Source of the DNA: Thermococcus sp. JdFR-02
GTDB lineage: Archaea > Methanobacteriota_B > Thermococci > Thermococcales > Thermococcaceae
Assembly (NCBI GenBank): GCA_002009975.1
Contig: MTLP01000017.1
Span: 1 to 49,873 of the forward strand
DNA length: 49,873 bases
Direction: 5' to 3'
The notes under the pieces were generated by a model. The model was not told the DNA's origin and made no database searches. It saw nothing but the letters and a program-made list of their open reading frames with translations. The translations under genes were made by a program, and so were the position numbers. This document shows, one piece after another, positions 48,351-49,873 of this stretch; the first letter of the stretch is position 1; each line of letters starts with the position of its first letter.

Positions 48351-48947
48351 TCATTGTTCAGCATATATTTCCAGAGAAACTTTTGCTATGTCTGTTTGAC
48401 ATTCATTTCCAGCACTTGAGCTCAACTTAAATCCAATTGCAACCTTAACCTCTTCACTTGGAGACATTGCATTGTTTAAAAGGCTTATCTCTTTATCGCT
48501 TATCTCCTTTAAGGTCTTGTTAATATAATTGCTTAAGCTATAGGTTTGCCCATTCTTGGTAACTTCAAACTTCGTTATGATTATATTTTGACTCAGCTCT
48601 CCAACATCGGTGGTGTTATCCACTAAGCTTTCTGCAGTTGTAAGGGTTCCGTCTTCAAGATCTTCCACTTTAAAGCTGAGCGTTAATTTAGAAATGTCAG
48701 TATCACCGTAATTTTTGATATGAAATTCGAGATCTCTTGAATCTCCAGGCTTTAGATTTTCAAACTCAAAGAGCTTTAGATCATTGTAGAATCTCTCCCC
48801 GCTTTTGCTAATCTTTACGTCAAATTCTCCTGTAGAAATCATGTTGCCCTCTGAAATGCTCCTGTCACTAAAGAGGGCTTTTCCCACGTGAAGACCTGCA
48901 CTTCCTAAGATTATGCCAATCAATAAGACGCTTAAAATATTCCTCAT
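48351..48947 (-). CDS. TasA/CalY-like secreted protein with SipW-type signal
   Basis: Signal peptide followed by ALFSD...EGNMISTGEFDV; NLKPGDS; AGNECQTD; C-terminal AEQ. Confidence 0.75.
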   Translation of the reverse strand: MRNILSVLLIGIILGSAGLHVGKALFSDRSISEGNMISTGEFDVKISKSGERFYNDLKLFEFENLKPGDSRDLEFHIKNYGDTDISKLTLSFKVEDLEDGTLTTAESLVDNTTDVGELSQNIIITKFEVTKNGQTYSLSNYINKTLKEISDKEISLLNNAMSPSEEVKVAIGFKLSSSAGNECQTDIAKVSLEIYAEQ

Positions 48948-49125
48948 GCTCCCACCACCATAAAATTTTCTAAGCTAGTTAGTAAATTTTAATATAAAAT
49001 TTTTTTGAACAAAAAGATTACTAAAATTAGTAAAAAAGCAGAGTAGTAACATCACTACAACTCAAGCAATATCGTTTACCTCATTGAACAAAAGTTTTAT
49101 AAGTTGAACGATCGTTTTATTAACT

Positions 49126-49674
49126 ATGCTAATTGAACACTTCAGGAAATTTGCGGGGTTTAAGCTATTAGAATACTTTATTCTCAATCCTACCAATGAA
49201 ATACACCTAAAAGAGTTAGCTAGACATCTTAAAATGAGCCCTGGAAGTGTAAAAACCTATTGTGATATTTTTGAAAAGGAAGGCATCTTAATCTCAGAAA
49301 GAAAAGGGAACTTAAGAATTCTCAGATTAAATAACGAAGATTTTGCTGTTAAAGAAATTAAAAAAGCTTATTTTTCATTGCTATTAAAAGAGATTGGAAT
49401 AGAAGAAGTGTGCAAAGATTGTATTTCTATTGCTGTCTATGGAAGCTTTGCTTCAGGAGAATTTGATGAAAAAAGTGATTTGGATATAATTATTATTGGA
49501 GAAAAGAAGAATATTGACTATTCCATTCTTCGTAAAATAGAGGAGAGAATAAATAGGAACATCCAATTGACTGTAATTCCATTTTATAAATGGGAGAAAA
49601 TGAAGAAAGAAAAAAATCCCTTTGCTGAGAGTGTTGTTAAAAAGCATATCTTAATAAAAGGTGTACCACTATGA
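49126..49674 (+). CDS. wHTH + minimal nucleotidyltransferase (MNT) antitoxin-like protein
   Basis: HLKELARHLKMSPGSV HTH; YGSFASGEFDEKSDLD (GS-x10-DxD). Confidence 0.88.
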   Translation: MLIEHFRKFAGFKLLEYFILNPTNEIHLKELARHLKMSPGSVKTYCDIFEKEGILISERKGNLRILRLNNEDFAVKEIKKAYFSLLLKEIGIEEVCKDCISIAVYGSFASGEFDEKSDLDIIIIGEKKNIDYSILRKIEERINRNIQLTVIPFYKWEKMKKEKNPFAESVVKKHILIKGVPL

Positions 49675-49681
49675 ACTTTAA

Positions 49682-49873
49682 CTTGTTGCTGCTAAATCCC
49701 CTTGCAAAAGCGAGGGGATACAGCAGGGGAGGCGGGAGGGGGAGGATGGAGGTAAGTTTTATATAGTTCTGCGAAAAATCTATAACTATGAAATACAAAC
49801 TTGATAGAGGAGCTCATTCAGTCTACTCTCTTCATTACCACCTCATCTTCGTAGTAAAGTATCGTAGAAAAGT
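49682..49873 (+). mobile_element. IS200/IS605-family element, left end (runs off the window)
   Basis: TTTAA at 49677-49681, subterminal hairpin ATCCCCTTGC-AAAA-GCGAGGGGAT (49696-49719), then the tnpA start. Confidence 0.8.
49788..49873 (+). CDS. tnpA: IS200-type Y1 transposase TnpA, 5' partial (not in ORF track)
   Basis: MKYKLDRGAHSVYSLHYHLIFVVKYRRK, the characteristic TnpA N-terminus. Confidence 0.9.
   Translation, partial: MKYKLDRGAHSVYSLHYHLIFVVKYRRK

Noticed and set aside
49688-49752. GC-rich hairpin and G-rich tract as a possible tRNA or ncRNA
   Set aside because: No cloverleaf or T-loop; better explained as the left end of the IS200/IS605 element.

Overview
This is an AT-rich archaeal window, almost certainly Thermococcales: GDH resembles the Thermococcus litoralis type, and there are CGP-CTERM proteins, GGAGG/GGTGA RBSs and TTTA[AT]A TATA boxes. 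Most of it is a nucleotide and cofactor biosynthesis cluster: purP x3, purC x2, purO, purF, purM, purT, purE, purD, purSQL, pdxST, thiC, ribD-ribE-ribBA-ribH and nadBAC. It is flanked by ileS, gdhA, an NSS transporter, cca, thpR and a class II ribonucleotide reductase with two inteins. Accessory inserts interrupt the cluster: (i) a small cassette between purP and purS encoding a secreted Gly/Ala-tailed peptide, a truncated membrane-anchored paralog of it and a SpoIIM/DUF95 protein, a candidate archaeal bacteriocin-like system and the best novelty candidate; (ii) a DUF4855-like protein plus two paralogous CGP-CTERM surface proteins, one frameshifted; (iii) an AAA+ ATPase inside nad with twin 21-bp palindromic operators; (iv) at the right edge, an IS200/IS605 element inserted into the probable toxin gene of an MNT-type toxin-antitoxin pair. 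Paired TTRACA-N6-TGTYAA boxes spaced 42-43 bp apart recur in the main pur promoters. All calls come from manual motif reading; no database searches were run.
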